Positions 14,972 to 28,000 of a stretch of 64,000 nucleotides of DNA are shown here, one piece after another (position 1 is the stretch's first letter; every line of letters starts with the position of its first letter). The DNA lies in contig JALMLS010000130.1 in NCBI GenBank assembly GCA_038496445.1, positions 124,001 to 188,000 of the forward strand, read 5' to 3'. The translations under genes were made by a program, and so were the position numbers. This DNA is from Trichosphaerium sp. ATCC 40318 (lineage: Eukaryota > Protista > Tubulinea). The notes under the pieces were generated by a model that was not told where the DNA came from, did not search any database, and saw only the letters and a program-made list of their open reading frames with translations.

Positions 14972-15317
14972 AGAGCATAAATACGTGAATGTATCAGATA
15001 GTATAATAGTTCATCATAGGTTTTTTGTAAATAGATATCAGTAAAATGTAATTTTTTATTGATGTGAGTTGCATGTTTTTTGTATGTTTAGTTACAACTC
15101 TTTTTTTTTTGTTGGTAAATCGTAGGGTAATGGTTAAAAAATATTGATAATATCAATACAGCAAAATATACGTAGGATATTTTGGTTGGAAAGGAAAAAA
15201 GATATTTTTAGGGGTATAGGGTGTAGCTCGTGAGTCTTTCGAACTCAAAACATCACATGTGTCAAATTATTGACACATTTTTTGAAATTTGATGCTGCGC
15301 TGAGTGTTTGTAGCGAT

Positions 15318-16664
15318 TTAATTGGGACGTAGTTCCATATTTGATGGCAAAGTACGACTACGGCGTCTAGTTAAAGAAGTTGGTAAGAAATAAGAAAAAA
15401 AGAAGATTTTTTGTTTTCTGGTTTAGTTAACGTACAACTTCTTCTTAGGTGAGCTTAAAAACGATCCTGAGTTATCATAACTTGAACTTGAAGGGTTTCT
15501 AGGATATCCAGCTATACTTATTAGTACACCATTTCAAAAAAGCAAATAGGTAACTCACTCTCTCTTCCAGCGTCTTGCAAGAATGATAGTGTTCTTTGGA
15601 GATAATCTAATGTCTCAGAACATTCTGGCATATCGTGTGCATGATTTTTAAATAATGGCATTAAATTATCGCATATTGAAATCCCTTCTTTTACTTTTGA
15701 ACTAAGTGTATCCTAAAAATCGATTAACTCACTTATATCCGAATTAGTTGCATTCAACGTACCCTGCCAACAGGGATTTTAGGTAGTTCTGTATCTTGAA
15801 GGTCCTAAGAGTTGTATAAACGTGATATCCAGCGAGAAAAAAAATAAAGAAAAACGGATAAAAAACCCGAAATAATAGCTCACTGTTCTATAAGGAAGAT
15901 CGTAATTCGAATATCTCGTAGGTATATTACTAGGACTTATTGGGCTTTGGCTGAAGCTACGCAAATCGTTAAATAACAGCATGGAGGAGTTTTACAATCA
16001 TTTTTTAGAAAAAGTGAAAAAACTTCTTTTTCAGTCTTCGTACTTTGGTTGTGGGCTTGAGTTTCTGTATGAAGCGTCTGTCCCAACAGAAGTAACTGAA
16101 TCAAGGTTAAGAAATTGCAGTTTGTAATCTAATAACGTACATGTGCTGGTGCCAAATGAAATAGGGTTTGAAGGGCGTTGTGCTGAAAATGACGCAGGTA
16201 CACCTTTATTCAACGTTAGAAAGAATCATTTGAAGAACTGAAAGTACGGTGTTTGCAATTCTTAAGCGCTGACACCCAATCATCAAGGTTTGCTATTAAC
16301 GTGTTAGTACGCTACTGACTTTAAATGGTTTTACCCTGAGTGGCTGCTGAAATTGGGTATGTTTTCTTATCAGTTGTTATTTCAAACACGTAAGGGCGTT
16401 TATAGTCTGTTGTGTTGATATTTACATTTGCTCGGGATTTTACAAGGTCAATGCTTCCTAGCGGCGTCTTACCCTTCATGGACGTTATAAACACAACTTT
16501 TACGAAATTCTAGCCAAAACAAAGCGTACTTTCTTGTAGCCTGCTTCATTTTCGTAGTATACAAACGCTGCTCCTTTTAGAACGAAAAACCGCTGTTTCC
16601 ACAGACGAGGTATTTTCTTTGGTCGTCTCTTGAATAAAACGCCTGTTTTTTCTATTTGATCCAT
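15318..16664 (-). CDS. PH-domain protein with a Ser/Pro-rich low-complexity C-terminus
   Basis: N-terminus MDQIEKTGVLFKRRPKKIPRLWKQRFFVLKGAAFVYYENE matches the PH consensus; later exons give PFQIGTTDKKTYPISAATQ and WVSALR. Confidence 0.8.
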
Positions 16665-17008
16665 TGCTACTTACATCACGAGGCGTAACATGGTTGTTAT
16701 TTTGATACTTAACTAATTTGGCTTACGAATGGCTTTTTTGGGTGATTGTTCATTTCACCCGCAGTGTTTGTCTACCTTGGCGTTGTTTAGGCTCTCTTGA
16801 AATAATTCATTCAAAAGCGATTGTATCACAGACACAAAACCGATTTTGTTAGCTGATATGAGTTGAACCTTTGTCACGTGATGCAACGAGTTTTCATAAA
16901 TGCATCTCTTTCAACGATAGTGTATTAGGGATTTGAATAGTAGGTTGTGCACGAAACACAGAAAGTATAAGTTAGGAAGAAATATTATAGATAGGACCAG
17001 ATTTAACG

Positions 17009-19947
17009 ATGGCATCTTTGGTCGTGTTAGTATTGGTTATCTTTATCAGTGTCGCCAGCGTAGAATCAAATACAACCTTATATGTGGAAGAAACAGGAGA
17101 TGATATTAACACGTGCTCAAACAGCACCCAGCACTGTAAAACAATCGATAGAGCTCTACAAGAAGTTTTTGCTAAAAACCAAAGTCAAAACACAATTTTC
17201 CTTGGCACAGGATATTTCATCTTTAACGCCAGTATGTTGGAAACTAGACCAGACATGAGTATCACCTTTATGGGCGAAGGGAATGAAAACACAACATTAT
17301 CATTCGTTACAACATTGGATCAAAGTATGCACCTTTGTTTTTGTTTACAGCCGTCTATTACTAGGGCCATGTAGCGTTAAATCGTTTTTAGTTGATCGTA
17401 CTAATTTGTATTTAGGTGATGAATGCGATTTTGTACTGTTTTCGGGCCTCGTTGTAGCTAATATCACCCATACGCGTGCGTGAAACTTTTGTGTTTTTCG
17501 TTAAGAGAACACTCTTCAAAACTGTTAATACTTGTAGCACTGTTTGATTTTCGCTCTAATTGTAATCTCTACTTTTCCAATGTACTATTCAAACCTTCTA
17601 TTGGCAATACGGATGCCTTTATTAAAGTATCCAACACGTGCGAAATAATTAACATGAAATGAGTTGTGTAATGGTTGTTTTTAGTCACTTGGAGATTACA
17701 AACTGTTCATTCCTAGGCGCTGCACCGGTTGATCATTTCATCTTAGCAGGCAAACCCTTTACTTTAACTTTATTCAACTTACGATAAATAGATTCAGCAA
17801 GAGTGACAGTCAATGCAGACACTACATTTTATGGTTTATCAGAAGTGTTCAGTGATGTACTATTTCATCTATAACTCCTTGTCTAATCCAAATAGGTTGG
17901 CACTACCTACGCAATAAATGCCCAAGGCAACAGCGAAGTAACTTTTGAAGGATCTGTATTCGATATGGGAGCAGTACGTCCACTACTTTTTTTATTGCAC
18001 TGACACAAATAAAGGTAACTATACTTGATTCTAGTCTCTTTTATGCTGGATCACATGTTGGTATGCTAAAAAAAATACTACCAAAGCTAGTAGTTTTACA
18101 GAGTTAGGCGATGCCAGTACTATTGTTGGTGTAAACAGCGTGATTGAGTTTGACGGGGAGAGTATTTTGGAATACTTTCATCTGACTAATTGCTTTGTAA
18201 AGGCTGGGTTTAGTAAGTCTGATCTTGAAACATATTACTGACACATCTTAGATATTTCTATTGTCACCAAGGGATTCGAACTCATAGATAGTCCAATGAT
18301 TTTAGAAGACATCTACACAATGGAAGTGAACGGTCGAGTTAATGAAGCTTGCATTTCTCTTGAAAATTCTGATGTCTCTATTAACAATACAAACGAAGTA
18401 ACTTTTCAAACTGCAACGTTATTGGTGTTGGTGATAATACCTCAACGATAGCTATTTCCGAGTGAGAGTTGTAGTGTCCTTCAGGATTTCTTTTCTTACT
18501 TTTTTCTGTAGCCAACTAACAGTAAATGGTGGTGTACAATCTGTGAATGTGGCATGGGTTGTGGGGTGGCTTCGTTCAACGTGAGAAATCGAACTAGCTT
18601 TGACTATTTGATAAGTGAAGACTCGCTGATAGACATAAAAGATATGTTTTTTGTTGGTGAGTATATGAGCACGAAGTACAGAATTAACTCTTGTAATAGA
18701 CATCGATGTGCAAGGATCTGGTTTGAGCAATGTTGTTGGAGGTATGTAGATGTTGCACTAAAGTACTCATTGTATTGTTTAGTATATCTCATTGTTAGAG
18801 GTTTAACAAAGGATTGCAGTAGTGTTTATAGAGGGTGGGGTAAAAATGACGGCCTAAGTCGTCCTGAAATATTGTGTAATACAAACAACATTGGGTTACA
18901 AGTTGTTGGTATGTAGTAATATTTATTTAAATTATTTATTGAACACTCAAATACAGCTTAGATCCCGAGTCTCCACATAATTGGTACTATTTTTACTTAC
19001 TGTTATTTTGTCTGATATCTTGAATAGTGTATACTTCAACGATGATTGTGGGTGCAAACCTGAAGGTACTAATGCTTTACTGCAAACATAAGAATATTGA
19101 CTCTTTAAAGGCACGCTGTTAACGTTTTTTTGTAATGGAAGCAATTGGATAGTTAATGGATCTGCGGTGGTTCAGTACGCAAAAACAAAGAACACTAATA
19201 CTATTACTGGTTGTTGATCTGCTTGTTAAGGGATATGAACGTGTTTTCTTCAGTGGTTATTGTTACTGGTGACTTTTATATGTATGGGACACTTAGTCTA
19301 GAGGCAAATAAGGATGGTTCTTTAGGAAAAGTAAAGGTACGTACACTTTAACCATTTTGTTGTTGAAAAAAAAAAAGGTGTTAGGATGTGCCAATGTTAC
19401 TGGAACTACGATAGCAATTGATAGTGAGACGCAACTTGTAGTTGGAAACTTTCCAGTAGTGGAATCTTCGATGGATTGTCTTGAAGGAGAGTTTGACTTG
19501 GTGCAAGGAATACGTACGAGATTGAGTTGTAAAAAAAAATCAAACAAGTATTTTTTAACACGTGATAGCGCCTTGTATTGTCAAGACAGAAGAATACTCC
19601 GGTTCTTCAGCTACTATAATTTTTGGAACTAATGATTCATGTGTAACTGATGACGAAGGATCTACAAACACAGGTACAACAAGCCAAGGTGAACAACGCA
19701 AATCACCTTTAGTGTAAACAGTCTTTACAGAATTATATCTAAGATGTTTATAGGTCTTATCATTGCGTTAGTACTCATAGCGCTTGTTGTTATTCTACTA
19801 ATAACAGTAGTTATTCTGTAGTAAGTATTTACGATGACACATTGACATTTGACAATATTTTCTTACATATTTCTTAGCTTCACTGTTGATGGTTTCAGAA
19901 ATAGAGTTACACCTTTTAACAGGAAACAACGTTCTCTACAAAAATAG
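17009..19947 (+). CDS. Large single-pass surface protein with a pectin-lyase-like beta-helix ectodomain, about 20 exons
   Basis: Signal peptide; LYVEETGDDINTCSNSTQHCKTIDRAL...IFLGTGYF, a typical beta-helix cap; LEITNCSF-type repeats; TM GLIIALVLIALVVILLITVVIL; tail FRNRVTPFNRK. Confidence 0.7.
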
Positions 19948-20693
19948 GACATTCCCTGATTGACATTGAAGAGCTTGAAACAACTACAATCCAAACAACA
20001 CCCTTCCACATCCGATTTCATTGAGTTTACGTTCAGATCGCGAAAACAAACAATTTGAGCCTTGTGTAGAAACAATAAACGAATACAACAAGAAAAGCCT
20101 GTTTTGCTACCAAACATCTCTATTGAGCAATTACCACTTCTACGACAATCTAGTGAGTACTAAACGGACGCCAACGGTAGCAGCTGTGTTTTACCATCTA
20201 CTAAGCACTAGCTCGTCTCAAAAGCCTGAGAAGTAAAGAAAAAAAGTTAAAAAGGTGCTTTCCTTATCAAGAACGCGGCTAAACTGGATGAATAAGGTAT
20301 TTAGTGCGTCAACAGCGTTTGTTTGTATTTTTACTCTCTATTTGCTATTTCATCGCAAGGTTGTGTAGTGTGATAAAAGCATGCTTGAAGGCTATCGCTT
20401 TTAGGCATTACGGCCTTTTTTGGGCTATTTTCCTACTTTGGTCTTGAACTTGAACAAAGCGGACTGCTTTTCTGAAGCTTGTATATGATTACCATTAGGC
20501 TTAAGGGTAGGGCTTTCCATTTATTCAAAAGCGCTATCCTAACCTGCCTGTTTTAGGTTTTTGACTAAATCTGACTTTTAGCCACTTACAGCAACTGGTT
20601 CCGCAATCTCGTATAACGTTGAATATACCACGTAGAATAGATTCAGTTTTTTGCGCTAGTACATATCCAGTTTTGTACAAATAGTTGCAAACT

Positions 20694-23195
20694 ATGTACA
20701 AGGATCTTTGCGTCACGCTGTTGTTGCTTTCTTTGGTGTTTACGACGTCGTATTGTGGTATTGTCAGTACTTGCGAAGAAGGCGGAAGGGTATATCAACT
20801 ACATGATAACGCAGATACTGATTACCCTACTGGATGGACAAACGCATGCACTGGAGGTACAAACAATATACAATAACCTCCAATTCTTTTTCAATTTTTT
20901 TTTTGCAACTTACGACTTTCTGATTAATCATTTTTTATTAGATTTCTCTCCTCTAACTATATCGACGCTTGAAGAAGCTATATCCACAGCTAATTTTCCG
21001 GTAACTTTTTTTTGTAACTTGCAAAATCGAAAAGATTCCTTCCATTTTTGGTCATAAAAACTCGTCGAAAAAGGCGTGACATCCCTTAAACACTGACCAA
21101 GACAAAACTATGTCAGGAAAAAATACTAATTAAATGGTAGGATATAAGGCTGGTTCTTGCGACTGCTAGTACTTGGCATGATGGAACGCCACTTCTGAGG
21201 CAACTATACCCTCCTTGGGAGTCTATCTCGGCTCCTTGTTCCACATATGTACAAGGAGTAAGTACCAATTGGCTAATAGCTGTTACTCCTTCATTTTCTA
21301 TCTTCGTATTATTCCTAAACTGCAATTAGAGGATTTTTGATGGCTGTGCTACTGCATCACACTTTGTTTGCGAGTCCAGTGTAAGTGTAGGTGCAAGCGA
21401 ATGCACGACATCATCCTGGGATTGTGCCTCAAATACCTTAGAATCAGCATACTTTGGAGGTACGTACTTTAAACTGTTTTTTTTTGTTGTCAATCACGTG
21501 CTTTGTTTCCTCAGCTCTTAATAATACCAATCACATGCTTCCTTATAACCTTCATGTACTTACTGAATTTATAGCCAATTGTTACTCTCGTATACAAGCT
21601 ACAAATCCTACCTATATAAACCTAGAGCTTCAATGTAGAAAAAGAGGCGGCTACCTGGCTACAATTACATCACAAGCCGAACAAGATTTTGTCTCAGCTT
21701 TTATTGAAGATCCTTACGCAGCTTTCAATGCTTTTGGTTTAAGTAGTTTATTTAAAACCTCTTTAACTGACTTTGATTGGGTACGTACAAACAACGTAAC
21801 GTCGAAAACTAAACAAAAGTGTATTGTTTGCTAAATTTCTGTTCTCAATAGCAAACTACAAACGAACCTCTTGTTTTTGGGTCCACATTCAATACATTTC
21901 CATGGAATATGAATGAACCACAAGGATTTGAAGCATGTGTATTTATGTACGATACTGCCTTTTTAACCACGTGTTTTTTGCTTTAATTACATGTGACCAA
22001 AGTCATCAAAGTACTCGGTTAACTGAATACTTACGTTGTGTAGGCACAGCTATGGAGAATGGGCTGACTATGCTTGTTCGGCTGCACAACTCAATGACGG
22101 ACCAACACTTGTTGATGTTGTTCCGATATGTGAGTTTGAACCGTATACGCCCCCAACTCCAACTCCAACTACGGCATCACCAACTACAATGCCTCCAACC
22201 ACAATGCCTCCCACCACAACACCACCGACTACAATGCCTCCCACCACACGACCGCCAACCACCAGACCACCGACTACACGACCGCCAACCACAAGACCAC
22301 CGACTACACGACCTCCAACTACAAGATCACCAACAACACGACCTCCAACCACAAGATCACCGACTACACGACCGCCAACCACAAGATCACCGACTACAAG
22401 GCCTCCAACTACAAGATCACCAACTACAAGGCGTCCAACCACAATGCCTCCCACCACACGACCGCCAACAACAAGATCACCGACTACAAGGCGTCCAACC
22501 ACAAGGTCTCCAACAACCATATCTCCAACTATAATGCCACCTACTACAAGGTCTCCAACTACCACTGAAGCCCCAACTGTAGCGCCTACATCACCGCCTA
22601 CCTTACATCCTAGATTTAGTGACGCTCCTTTACCTGCAGGTTGGGAAGAAGGCTCAAATAAAACAGCCAATGCGACTTTTGAACTGGAAGGAGACTTGAT
22701 TGTTTATGGTAAGCTGTTTGTAGAAATTCAATCTCTAAACTTTTGGCTAGGAAACCTCAAACTACCAAACGGCACAACATTGGAGTGGGTGAACGGGAGC
22801 AGTATTACTGTAGTTAATTGTATTGACGCTGCCAACTTGACTATAGATCGCTTAGATGAGGTACAACACAGCTTTTCGTTCCATTTTTTTTCTGTTTTTT
22901 CCTCTTCGTCGTGTTTCTCTTTTTTTTCTCTTTGTTCTAACTGTGTTTGAAGGTTGAACAAGTCACAGTATCTCATAATGATCATTGTAAGGACGCTGAT
23001 GTAAATATTGTTGAAAGGCCTTGTGTAAAGGCAACAAAGAAGAAGAGAAAACAATTTGGAAGGCTATTAATAGTTATTGACTTTGAATACAATTTTAATG
23101 ATAAAGGAGAATGCGTAACTTCTGATGTCTTTCATATGTCAAACAAAAATTGGCTTTTCTTCTTTCTAGTTGTGTTATTATATTCATTAACATGA
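20694..23195 (+). CDS. Surface C-type lectin (two CTLD-like domains) with a PTT mucin repeat and a hydrophobic GPI-signal-like C-terminus
   Basis: CRKRGGYLATITSQAEQDFV, FPWNMNEPQGFEACVFM, GEWADYAC and PICEFE form a C-type lectin fold; an earlier degenerate copy ends GCATASHFVCES; signal peptide; ends NWLFFFLVVLLYSLT*. Confidence 0.82.
22150..22600 (+). repeat. Coding tandem repeat, 15-bp unit, (P/S/R)PTT(R/M) pentapeptide mucin stalk
   Basis: About 25 visible imperfect units such as acaagatcaccgact and acacgaccgccaacc. Confidence 0.9.
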
Positions 23196-23542
23196 CTTGA
23201 GCCGAAAAATATAACAAAATAAACAAGAGTACTTTATCCATGTACATTCATTGAGTTTGTTGTTATGAGTTACATACAAACTCGAACTTATAAACTCTCC
23301 TGCTTCTCGTACAACAGTATTTGTGAGTATGTTTGTTGTTTCAACTATGCAGGTGTTGTAAATTTAGAGAACAAATAGAAAACCTTGTTCTTGGTCAAAA
23401 TCTTATAATACCAGAGCCGTACTGGTAAATGATGTTGCTATTTTATTGATAACAGAAAGTGGTTAAGTCCAGAAATATAAACAATGGTTATTGCAATATT
23501 TTTTTTAACCTTCTAACTAACTATCCATAAGGTACGGACTGC

Positions 23543-24663
23543 CTACCGTGAATGTACAAGAGCTTCATCTGCCTTTTCACCAGTAAATTGTTTTGACATC
23601 TTTAGTCGTCCGTCTCTATGCCACTTCTTGTGAAAGTCTAGTGTTTTATGTTCTTTAATCTGTCCGTGACGGTACCATTCTTTTACTATACTAAACTGCA
23701 CATGATTTTTGCGCTGTATGTCTTTTGATGCTGTTTTTTTATAGGAAACTATTCTTCCATGGATGTAATTTTCCTCTTCTTCAACAATACCCATGTTGAA
23801 GACTACCCTTGTCTTGGGATTATTATCACTATCATTGTATATCCATTCACCATGTTTTTGATAATTTACCCTGACCCCTTGCACATATACTTGCCCGTGA
23901 TGCTTCTCAGTGTATGATCCATTCTTACGCCCATCTTTATAGAATTCGTGGATTTGAAATCCTAGTGAGCGGTATTCTTGTTCGCCATGAAGAACACCGT
24001 GTTTATAAGTCCTCAGGTATTGTCTAGCATCTCCTAAGTACTCTGTTTGTGCTCCATGAAGCTGTCCGTTGAAGTCAAATGATTGGCGAATAACAAAGAA
24101 GATTCCTCCAAAGTGACGTCGCCATACCGTCCAATGACCAAATTTTTTTAAGCGTAATGAGTAGTGTGTCATCATAGCAGCTCTTCGTGATAGGACATGC
24201 CTAGAACGAATGGTCTCAGCATTCGAACAAAACAATAAAAACAGACCATTTTGAGAATGCCACACGATCCATCTCGCAGATGTACTGTTGTATTTCAGGT
24301 GGCAGTGACAACAACATAGAACCTTCATCATCTGGAATAGCTGTCAAGTATTCCGTAGCTACACGTGTAGTCTCAGTATTAGGTTCAAAGAGATTCTCGG
24401 TATTATGTTTAGGTTCGAAAACAAACGGTGTTGCTTTAACTAACGCTTGTGGTTTGGCGTTAAAAACGAAGACATCCTCTTGAGCTTTATCGCATTTGTT
24501 CGTTGATGAAAGATTGAACGCCATAGTCGTTGATGAGGCATTGAAGGGTTTGAAAACGAACTCTTTTGAACCTGATTGGCGTTAAAACAACTTTTGTTAT
24601 TGGTATCCTTTTACCTTTATCCTGAGATTCGCATGGCGTTTCTATTCGAGAAGAGATGCTCAT
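23543..24663 (-). CDS. F-box plus MORN-variant repeat protein (2 introns)
   Basis: Exon 1 MSISSRIETPCESQDK; F-box MLLSLPPEIQQYICEMDRVAFSKW|HVLSRRA, where a GTCTGT...TAG intron of about 44 nt joins the two ORF-track frames; MORN-like YKHGVLHGEQ, YKDGRKNGSY and EWYRHGQIKE. Confidence 0.8.
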
Positions 24664-24907
24664 AGTTGCGCTGTTTAATTTAAATTTCTACCGTTTAAGA
24701 CACGTGCCAAAATATTGGCAAATTTCAGGTGAATTCTAAGAAAGCAGCCTGTGTAGCACAAAAGGCTCGGCCGATTTGCCTAATGAGTTTGTAGTTCCAC
24801 GAAATCTGTTCTAATGATAGCACAACTAACTTCCTCCGCTTTCACTGCTACTTTGTTTTTACGTAGTCATTCTAAACTGTTATACAGAATGTCAGATGTT
24901 CAATCAC

Positions 24908-24952
24908 TGCAGGAGCAGATGATGTAGGCATAGTTGTAGAACTCATTGTAGG
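24908..24952 (-). repeat. Inverted near-identical copy (42/45 nt) of 37918-37962; orphan mucin-gene fragment
   Basis: cctacaatgagttctacaactatgcctacatcatctgctcctgca versus cctacaatgagttctacaattgtacctacatcatctgctcctgca. Confidence 0.8.
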
Positions 24953-25084
24953 ATATGGTTGTACTGGCTCTTTAGTTGGTGGACCAGCCATAGTTGAAGT
25001 TCGCTTGGCATTTATTTAAGCTGAAACACTCAGCACACTCAAGTCTAATTGTTTAAAAAGTTTTTTATTTTTGCTCTATTTTTA

Positions 25085-28000
25085 TCAATCAAGCGGTGTA
25101 GGTCTTGTTTTAGTAAGTACATTTCCATCGCTAAACTCTGCTGAATCAGTTTCATCATCATCGAAATCATCAACATCATCTTCAGATTCTTGTTCTTTTG
25201 ATTTTCTGTTCTTTTTCTTATCTTTCTTAGATGACTTTTTCTTTTCATCTCCTTCTTCTACACCTTCTATCTGTTCTTCATGTAATTGCCTAGATACTAA
25301 TTTGGCATAATAACCGCCGAGAGCCTACAAAAAAAGTAAGAAAGACAAAAACTTGACAGATGGTTTCTGAGTTTCTCTTTTTCTTCAAAAAGCACGCGTT
25401 TAAAATAAACACTTCTCCTTGAAAACTGTTTTTGTCACTTTATCAAAAAATACTTCGTCGATTAAATTTAATGAGAAAATAATTCCGCCAAGTGCAAGTG
25501 TTGGAGATGGCCTTCAAAGAAAAAAAAAAACAAACAAAAACTGAATTCGTACCACAAGCTCTGAATGAGACCCTTGCTCGACAAGTTTACCTTTATGTAA
25601 AACACAGATTTTATCAGCATCACGGACAGTAGTAAGACGATGAGCAATAACAATAGAAGTTCGTTTATGCATAAGTTTATCAAGAGCATCCTAAAAGTAA
25701 AAAAAAAAGTCAAAACACAAAACAACTTGTGACTTGCTGCCTATCACATACCTGAACCAAATGTTCGCTCTCAGCGTCAAGAGCAGATGTGGCTTCATCC
25801 AATAGCAATATCTAAAAGAACACTTAGACAACGAAGACCACAAAAGAGAAATAAACATACCTTTGGATTTTTTAAAACAGCACGAGCAATAGCAATACGT
25901 TGTTTCTGACCTCCAGATAGCTGAGCACCTTTTTCGCCTACTTGTGTATCGTATCCAGATTTTTGGTCTTTGATAAAATCATGTGCATTTGCTTGCTGTA
26001 AAAAAAGTAAGTGTAAGCAAGGATACAAACAAAAAGTGCTATAAATGTTGTAAATGAAATTCCATAACAAAAAACAAGTAAGCACAACGTATACATCGGT
26101 TTTACTAACATCAACTACACCAATACTAGCTTGTTGAAATGTATGATCAAAATAAAGCTTGGTGGCTTGCAATTCAATCATTTTGTGGCAAAACATTTGA
26201 ACAAAATTCAAAAAAAAAAAGAGGAAGAAAATTGTACCTTTGCCGCTTTTTTGATCTCATCAAAAGTTGCACCTGGTTTACCATACTCAATATTATCTCT
26301 TATACTTCCTGCACATTACATCATTAATTTAAAAAATATAACATAAAATAAACAAGACAGTACCAGCAAATAAGATAGGTTCTTGAGACACCAATCCGGT
26401 TTGTTTACGAAGCCAGTGTAAATCAAGTTTTTTCATGTTGACGCCATCTATTTTAACTTTACCCTTCAAAGGATCATAGAACCTTTGTATGAGTTGTACA
26501 ACTGTACTTTTACCGCTTCCAGAAGAACCTACAAGCGCAGTTGTAGTACCAGGCTCAGCCTAAAAATAAATTAAAACACGAAAAAAATAAGAAAGTAAGA
26601 CGAGAAATGTTGTTCGCTAAATTTTTGCTTTTCAGCTCTTTCATGATGAACAATGTTGTAGTTGGAGTATTCCCCACAAAAATTACAATACAATATCGAT
26701 AATAAACAATGCATTTGTAAAAATTAAGCATGTAGGTGTGCAAAACACCAACAAAAAAAAAAGCAGAACGTACTGTCAAGGTAAAGTTATCAAGCACAAT
26801 GTTCTCTTTTCTCGTAGGGTACGAGAATTTTACTTTCTTGAGTGTAATTCTTCCATTAAATTCCTCTATCTGTTTACCACCTATTTCAATAGTATTTTAG
26901 AACAGCTTAATGATGGTGGATAGAAAACCAAAAAAAAAGCCATACCCATATCAGCACAAATTTCAGGAGTTTTATCAATTACAAAGAATATAGCTGCTGC
27001 AGCGCCTCTGGCTTTCGCCAAGTCAGGGCTCAATTGACCGGCCTAATAATCATAAGTGTAAGTGTCGAACAACTTCTCAAACTTGGGAGCTATTCATTGA
27101 CAAGAGGTTTGAACACTAATGCCCACAAAAAAAAAAAAAAAAGAAAAAAAAGAGAAACCGTACCTGACCGATACCCATAGCGCCAATAATAATAGAAAAG
27201 AATACAGTAAGCAAATCGCCTATTTCCATTTCGCCAGATTTAACCAATTCGGTACCATACCAAAATGCCAATGCGTACACCAAAAACATGAAGAAAAATG
27301 AAAATCCAGCACCAGCACCTATACAAACACGTGATAAGTAAACACAGGCGAAAAAAATTGTGCCAACGGCAAAGATTTTAACAGTGTGGTAATCAGCCAG
27401 AAAACGTAAAATGGCACTTGTAGTAATAACGTCAAAGCTCTGGAATGAAAAAAACAAAAACTATTGGATGTTTTTTTTGCTTTTTACGTACCCATAATGA
27501 AGGCTTTCTTGAAGTTTAGTTTATAAGCAGAACGTAGTCCTGATTTAAACCTATTCATAAGAAGATGCTCCATAGTAAATGAATAAACTGTCCTGATACC
27601 AGTAATGGCTTCTGTAGCTGTAACAGTAGCCTAGCAATAAAAAAATGAGAAAATGACGTTCATGGTGATAACAAAAACACTATCTTTAACGTACATCACC
27701 AGCAGCGGTTTGACCAGTTTGTGCATTTCTGGATATTGCTTGTGTTTGTAGAGCACCAGAAACTATAATATTGTAAGTACGTGGTAAAGAAAAGGCGAAA
27801 ATAACAAAAAAACTTCTTTACTAAAAAAGTAAGAAACCAAACTTGTGTCGTACTTATGATTAGTGGAGAACTCGCTAAAAGTACAAGCGTGAGCTTCCAT
27901 CCATAGATAAAAGCAATCAAAAGACCACCAATAACTTGAGCTCCAAAAAAGAAAATCTGTCCAAGTTTTTCAGAAATACCACCTTGTACTAACGCCATGT

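Noticed and set aside
22150-22600. CRISPR-like array
   Set aside because: It is a coding 15-bp tandem repeat without unique spacers, in a eukaryotic context with no cas genes.
22068-22670. Val/Gly-rich antisense ORFs and a Gln/His-rich alternate-frame ORF (also 8249-8623, 36372-36788, 21935-22534)
   Set aside because: These are shadow frames of Pro/Thr repeats, which lack stops by composition.
24216-24331. Programmed frameshift between overlapping ORFs in the F-box/MORN gene
   Set aside because: It is explained by an ordinary GT-AG intron of about 44 nt.
24602-24612. GTATCCTTT U12-like donor (also GTATCCAA at 17627 and GTATCCTT near 26020)
   Set aside because: The first is antisense to the local gene, the second is exonic (the frame requires the downstream GTGCGA donor), and the third lies inside an intron near its acceptor.
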